Made by a program: the position numbers and the translations under genes
The notes under the pieces: model-generated
The model's database searches: none
Told to the model about the DNA's origin: nothing
Seen by the model: the letters and a program-made list of their open reading frames with translations, nothing else
Shown here: positions 57,691 through 64,000 of the stretch, piece by piece
Layout of the letters: the number at the start of each line of letters is the position of its first letter
How positions within the stretch are numbered: the first letter of the stretch is position 1
Assembly (NCBI RefSeq): GCF_018350175.1
Contig: NC_058368.1
Span: 133,302,001 to 133,366,000 of the forward strand
Length of the DNA: 64,000 nucleotides
Direction of reading: 5' to 3'
Origin: Felis catus
Taxonomy: Eukaryota

Positions 57691-60600
57691 TTGTTTCAGA
57701 AGGCATAATAAGAAGGGGATCATTTGTGGCAGGTAACAACTTTACAGGGGGTTTTGTTGTTGGACATTTCTCAATTTTTAAACTCAGTAACTTGTTAGAA
57801 AAAACATCAGGAGATTGACAAGAAGTAGAAAACAACATGGTTGAAAAACATGGTTCTCAACTAAACACACTGTTCTTAATTTTAGTTTAGTAAATTTGAG
57901 GTTATGCCTGAGGGCACAGTAGTCATCACTTGGATTCTCTGGCCAGAGGCTGTCTGAAGTAGAGGAAGTAAGCGCTTCTCTTCCTAGATAAACAAGTGTC
58001 ACCTCTGACTTTTCATTAATGGGAAAAAGAGGAAATGCTGAAAATAGCTGGAAGATGTTTTTACTTTACAATGTGTAGAAAATTTTCTGTAAATTCATCG
58101 TATGCTTTTAGCACTGAAACTAGCAAGAGAAGAGAGTGAAGGGGTGGTTCCTATGAGGAGAAAAATTGTTCACAGTAATCCTCTAGAAAGTCAGTAAGAG
58201 GCTTTTTAGAGTGTGGTGTACCGCATACCCACCCACTTTGAGCCATGCGGGGGAGACCAAAGCTATAAACACATCCCTAAAATGTTTTAGTACGTCATAG
58301 GTCAGATATCAGTAACAGCTCCCCTTCTTGGAATTCAGCAGAATTATCTCTGCACAGAAAATCGTCCCCTCCTTCCTTATCCACATACTTGGACTTCCTC
58401 TAAGAACCTCCTTCCTCACCTTTTGTTACTCAGCAAATATGTGTTGATTACTCACAAGAGACCCAGCAAAAGATGAACTGCTTGCTTTTAAGTCATTTAT
58501 TTTTTACTGTAAATATTATAACCAAATTACTTTTAGAAGCATAGGACCAATATTTCTCTGGTTCTGTTTTTTCAATCATCCGTATGCTTCCTTCTTCCCT
58601 CATTGACTTTAAATGCTTCAATTTCTCTTGGAAGCAATCAGATTCAGTCTTCCTGTCTTCTCTTTTTCTTTTTGTTTTCTTGTTTCTGTCTCCCGCCATT
58701 CATTCCTTTTCTCAACTTTGCTGTATTGTTAGACCACCATCTAAGATGTGATTGGATCTTACCTTCTAATGAAACTCTTTAACGTCTCTTTCTTGTAAAA
58801 GTAAAAACAAAAAGCACTGTCAAGAGCGTCTTTCACCCTTGAAATTATTGCTTTGGTCTTCTGCTGGTTGAAAGTTAGCCTAACTAAGGTGACATTATTT
58901 TATCTCTTTTTTAATAATCATAGGCTCTAACTAGAAAAGGAAATTTTGATGAGCTTTGCTTTGTAAACCTAGCCCCTTTTCAAAGGAGCTTTACGTATGA
59001 AACCATGGTTCAGTATTGATTGCTAGATAGAAGCCAGATTTCCTCATAAGAGAGGGGGTTGGAGAGGTGGTAAGATGGAGAAATTTCTCCTAGATTGGGG
59101 AAGATTGTTCCCCAATGTAATTGCAGAGGTAGTACATGTCTATATATACATACATATATTTTTTTTCCTCACTCTCTCTCTCTCTCAATTTCCACTAAGA
59201 TTTCTGAAAAAAGAACAGAACAGAAAAAGAACAAGGATATGCTTTAAAAAGAAGAGAGTTAGAACTTGTGGAAAATTGCTTTAGCAGTAGCCTGGAAAAA
59301 TAGGCAGTTACAGGAATATTCCTTAATCAGAAATAGCCAAAGGTGTGCCAATTGGGGAAAGTGGTCCAGAAGTTTGAAGTTTGATTCTTGGGAACATAAA
59401 GAGTTAGTTAATTGTGTTTGAACTCAGGACAAACCCAGGATTAAATTAAGCACTGATTGATTAACAACAAAGATTATGAGAAGGGAGGACATAACTGTAT
59501 CTAGAGTCTTATATTTCTTTAAATGGCTTCCTACTTATATGTCCTATTTAAATAGCAGTTAGTTATATTAGTAAACATGTGTGCTTGTATGGTTGAATAG
59601 TTTTACTTTTATATAAAGACGTATAAAGAAGTATAATTACTGGGGAAAATTAGTATTAATTTTTATTTCTCATTTCATAATGCCTATGGGACATTATTTT
59701 GGGGGAGCGGCAAAGTCATAACCACCAATAATTTTCTGACACCTGATCCTGTTTATAGTTTAAATGTTTATATTTTAAGTGCTATTAATGGAATAAAAAG
59801 TCCTTTAAAGATTGGCCTTGGAAACCCAAAGTTACAAATGATAGCAAATGTTAGGCCGACAAAGTTGCCTTTTTCATAACAAAAATCATCAGCAATATTT
59901 TAAATTATATGATTTGATCCCATACTACGCATAGCCAACATAATTGGGTAATACTTTTGAAATATTATCTGATGCATTTTTTTGGTTCTTGGACAATCTT
60001 AGTCCTGTTTTCTTCCCATTGTATCAGTGGCATTTCTTGGTAGGAAGTATTAAATGCAGTATAGAATAAAGTAATTTTCACTTTCAAGAAACTTATTAAA
60101 GTCCAGAGCAAAGAGAGTGGTCTGAAAGCCAAAACATTTTTGATTTTCAAGAGCTCTTAAAGCTCTTATGATAGAATAGGTTTGGAAGAGTCTGAAAATT
60201 TGGCTTTGTGTATGACGTTCTATGCCCTAAATTGATATTGTTAACATAATAAGAAATACATAACAGTGTGTGTTCTTTTTGGTATAAATTTAGAGAATTT
60301 GTACCATAAACTCTAAAATAGCTCCATGTCTACTATGGCCCCGTGGTGGTAGACCAGGAATGACCGAAGGAAATGTCCAGGGTTCTCAGGATTCTGCCTA
60401 CCATAGTGGAGGATAAGTAAGCAGCTAGGTGGAGAGTAAAGGAGTGATTAGCAGATCGAGAAGGATCAGAGATATCCAGGTTATGTCGGTCAACAACTAG
60501 AGACTGTGAAGGGCTTCGGATGTTAGCAATGGATATAATGAAGGCAGAGTTTCACGTTCAAGATCGGGAAGGATGAGCTACACTTGAGCAGAATCCACTG

Positions 60601-61059
60601 TGAGCACTGGACACTAGATGAAGCAGTCTCCCTGCCAGGATCACATATTAGCACCCCTGGAACCTGGACCATTTCTAAGGGAAGTCAAAGAGGAATGAGT
60701 AGAATTCTGGATCTTAGCATATACCAAAAAAAAAAAAGTTTTAAAATAGAAAAAACTACATTTACATGAATGACGGCAGATTAAATCTGCCATAAGCAGA
60801 AATGGGGACCCATCATTCATTTCAGTTAACAAAAAAATAGTTTTTGCTTTACACATATGAACCTTATAACTATGTGAAATTCAAATTTCCAACACAATCT
60901 CTGTCCACAAAGAGCTTACAACTTTAGAGATACCTTTACACCTAAAAGTGTTCTCCAATAACAACCCAAGACCAGAGTGAAAGGGGCATCAGAGACATTC
61001 CGATTATCTACACGAATGTTATGTTTTTTTCTTATTTGGGCCCTGAAGTGTTTGGCACA

Positions 61060-61610
61060 CCTGACTCCTCCCTGTTTCTTGAAACAGCCACTGGCATTGA
61101 TCTGGGGATCCAGAGATTTTGTTTTCCTTGCTTTTTCTCTGATCTTTCTTTTCTTTTGAAGGACACTCTTTCTCTGTGTTCCTGCCTGGGTTCTCTGCCT
61201 TTTCCACCCCTGTCCCTGGGGAATCTCATCCATGCTTTGGTTTTTCACTACTGTCGATGTGTTCTTGACCCTCAAAGCTCAATCCCCAACCCACTTCTCT
61301 CTCTGTTCAGAATCCCAGACATACATACTCAGTTGTCTCCAGAATAATTTTGCCTCAGTATGCCACAGCCTATGAAAATGATTATTTCCAAACTTATCTC
61401 TCTATGACAGACTGCCTGGCACAAAATAGGTGTTCACATATTTACTGCGGACATCATGTATTATAATTGCCTGTTGTGTTGTCCTTCTCTACCAGATTCT
61501 AAATATCTTGAGAGCACAGATAATGCCTTTCTCAAAACCTGTTGCCTCCCCAGCATCCAGCACAGTGTCTATCACTTAGTAGATGCCTCAATGCTTCCTG
61601 AATGAATGAG
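61060..61610 (+). mobile_element. L2 fragments
   Basis: tccctggggaatctcatccatgct...tgcctggcacaaaataggtgttca...cctgaatgaatg. Confidence 0.65.
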
Positions 61611-61694
61611 GATAGAAAATAAATCCTTGGAATTTAAAGAGGGAGAAGTGATCCTAGGACAGAGGTCAGAGAGAATCTATGGGAGCATTCTAAT

Positions 61695-62195
61695 TACTGT
61701 TGTTGTGTAACAAATGATCCCCAAACATAGTGGCTTAAAACAACCATTTATTTTCCTTCTGATTTGGGAATCAGGAATTGAGCAGGGCTTGGTGGGGCAG
61801 TTCTTTCCTAGGTTGACGACTAGGGCAATCATTTGCAGGTTCTGGAATGAATATCCAAGATGTCTCTCTTGACCGGTAATTATGCTAGGGCACAGGTGGG
61901 TTGTCAACCAGAGTGTCTAGACATGGTCTCTCCAGCATGGTAGTCTCAGGGTTTTGGGGCTTCTTACTTGGTGCCTGGCTGCCCCTAGAGCAACTATTCT
62001 AAGACAAGCAGGTAGAAAGTACAGGCCATTTATCACAGGGTCTTGGAAGGCATGGAGCATTCCATTCCCTCTGTTGTATTCTAATGGTTAAAAGCAAATC
62101 CCTAAAGGTCAACCTAGATTGGAGGATAGGGGACCTCTACCCCTCCTCTCAGTGAGAGAATTGTCAAGAACTAGAGGAAATGTTTTAAAGTTGCC
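61695..62195 (-). mobile_element. MaLR solo LTR (old MLT1-type)
   Basis: gtgtaacaaatgatccccaaacatagtggcttaaaacaaccattta...acatggtctctccagcatggtagtctcaggg. Confidence 0.8.
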
Positions 62196-62379
62196 ATGAG
62201 GGAGATTGGATTTTAGTTAAGTTTGAACGTATATATAGAATTTGAATAGTTGTTGGATTTGTATGTGTAGAAAGGAGGCTAAATAAGATTCTATGTACAC
62301 AGAAACCCAAGGGGACAAGAGTGTAGTAGAGGCTGAGTTATAAACAGTGAATAATCCATTTTGGCATGAGCATAAGGTT

Positions 62380-62720
62380 TGTGGAAGGAGGTTTGGAAGG
62401 TGAACCTGGAAGGAAACTCGGGCCTTGCATGCTAGGCTAAGAATTTTGGCCTTTATCTTATTGACATGCAAGAGAGTGTGGCATGATCAAAGTGCTATTT
62501 CTGGAATATTAATCTGGCATGGGGATATGCACTAAGTTTGAAGGGCCATACTATAAGCTAGGAAATCACCTAGAGGGCTATTGCAGTAATCTCAGAGGTC
62601 ATGAGGACCTGAGTCAGGGAAGCAGAATTTAACCTGGGAAAGAAGAGATGAATGGGAGAGTTATGGGAAGGAAAAATCAACAAGACTTGATAACCAAATG
62701 GCTACGGAACGGTCTTGACA
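62380..62720 (-). mobile_element. L2 fragment
   Basis: ggccttgcatgctaggctaagaattttggcctttatc...gggctattgcagtaatc...aatcaacaagacttgataacc. Confidence 0.7.
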
Positions 62721-62864
62721 GCTGGAGTGTTGTGTGATTCTTATAGGGGAAATATAATGTATCTCGGGTCTCCTGTGTTGGTGTTGATCTGAAGAATTCT
62801 TTAACACCTAGGAAGGTAACTCTTGCTCCTACATTGGGCACTTAATTGAATAAGTACAATTAAG

Positions 62865-63012
62865 GGATACCTGGGCAGCTCAGTCAGTTAAGAGTCTGAC
62901 TCTTGATCTTAGCTCAGGTCTTGATCTCAGGGTTGTAAGTTTGGGTTCTGTGCTGGGCGTGAAACTTACTTTAAAAGTAAATACATACATACACACATAC
63001 ATACATACATAA
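62865..63012 (+). mobile_element. Short older Can-SINE with (TACA)n tail
   Basis: gggatacctgggcagctcagtcagttaagagtctgactcttgatcttagctcaggtcttgatctcaggg. Confidence 0.88.
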
Positions 63013-63237
63013 AATTAATATTCACCCAAGCAATTTAATACGCAAGATTAAGTTTTGAAATTACAAGCTACAATATTTGGGAGAAAACATCAAGCCGAGG
63101 CTTTCAAAATTTCTCCCTTGTCTCTTTTCCCTCCCTGTCACCTGCTTAATAAATATCATACTGAATTCTTGTATTAGATACCACCATAACTGTGAATTCC
63201 TCATGTTTTTCTATATGAAGATCACTGAAAAATAAAA

Positions 63238-63238
<1 letters not shown>

Positions 63239-63280
<42 letters not shown>
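63239..63280. repeat. (CA)21 microsatellite
   Basis: Direct reading. Confidence 0.97.
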
Positions 63281-63282
<2 letters not shown>

Positions 63283-63696
63283 ACAACACAACAGTAACAG
63301 AAAGCATAACAATCAACAATTGAACCTCATACCATCTGGCCTTTTACCCTATTTGAGAAGAGCTGTTGACTTCCCTTGTTGACAATCTATATTTCCATTA
63401 GTATGAATGAGCTGAGCTACTGAAATCACTCAATGTTTTTATTTATGGCCTATTCTACAGCTTTCAAATTAAGCTTATATTTGGTATTAGTAGATATTCA
63501 TTACCTGTCTAAAGTGCCATTTAAAAAACTGATTGCTTGGGGATTAGATGGCAAAGAAGGGAACATGTCACACTCAGATGCTTCGCCCTATTCATAAAAT
63601 GTTACAGTTAGACCTTCTCTATTTTGTATACTGCTGCTTCTACCAGTGGACCAGGCAAACTGTCTTTGGATCTTTCTGTTTTAAAACAGTTATTAA

Positions 63697-63903
63697 GGGG
63701 CACCTGGGGGGCTCAGTCAGTTAAGTGTCCAACTCGGCTCAGGTCATGATTTCGTGGTCAGTGAGTTCAAGCCCCGTGTTGGACTTTGTGCTGACAGCTC
63801 AGAGCCTAGAGCCTGCTTCAGATTCTGTCTCCTTCTCTCTCTGCCCCTCCCCAACTCGTTCTCTTCCTCTCTCTCTTAAAAAATGAATAAACATTAAAAA
63901 ATT
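63697..63903 (+). mobile_element. Can-SINE (SINEC_Fc type)
   Basis: ggggcacctggggggctcagtcagttaag; TSD ttttaaaacagtt(a/g)tta. Confidence 0.95.
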
Positions 63904-64000
63904 TTAAAACAGTTGTTATCTTGTTTCTTGAGTAAAGCTTTTGCTTTCTGTAAAATAACATGCATGCTGACAGAAAGACATAAATAATGAACCACTAAAG

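Noticed and set aside
58493..58699. Lys/Arg-rich minus-strand ORF MAGDRNKKTKRKREDRK
   Set aside because: Reflects a pyrimidine-rich plus strand; short, with no recognisable homology or exon structure.
789..63903. Many ORFs with motifs such as GAWVAQSVK, AQVMISRFVGSSP and SVLTAQSLEPASDSVSPSLS
   Set aside because: These are translations of Can-SINE sequence, not genes.
1..64000. CRISPR array, prokaryotic operon, NUMT, endogenous viral ORF, processed pseudogene or known miRNA/snRNA
   Set aside because: I saw no regularly spaced repeat-spacer structure, no long ORFs and no matches to sequences I recognise. A BLAST/Infernal search is needed to exclude degraded copies.

Overview
Mammalian genomic DNA, almost certainly from a felid (cat family). 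The evidence is about 32 tRNA-derived Can-SINEs, many of the feline SINEC_Fc type, and young feline-type L1 3' ends. The window is AT-rich, CpG-poor and dominated by transposons: Can-SINEs, L1 fragments of several ages, L2, L3/CR1, MIR, MaLR/ERVL solo LTRs, hAT and Tigger MITEs, and microsatellites. I recognise no protein-coding exon, tRNA, rRNA, known miRNA or CRISPR array. The ORF track is explained by SINE or simple-repeat read-through, decayed L1 ORF1/ORF2 and chance ORFs. L1 fragments are mostly on the minus strand, which suggests, but does not prove, an intron of a plus-strand transcript. I found no convincing new biological system. The most notable items are a solo L1 5'UTR ending at a splice donor, a head-to-head SINE pair 40 bp apart, a young L1 with a possible 8-nt 3' transduction, a palindromic site targeted repeatedly, a tail-only retro-insertion, and a unique island near 25.1-25.5 kb with a hairpin and candidate exons. 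Repeat family names come from my recall of consensus sequences, and boundaries of old repeats are approximate. RepeatMasker/Dfam would settle both.
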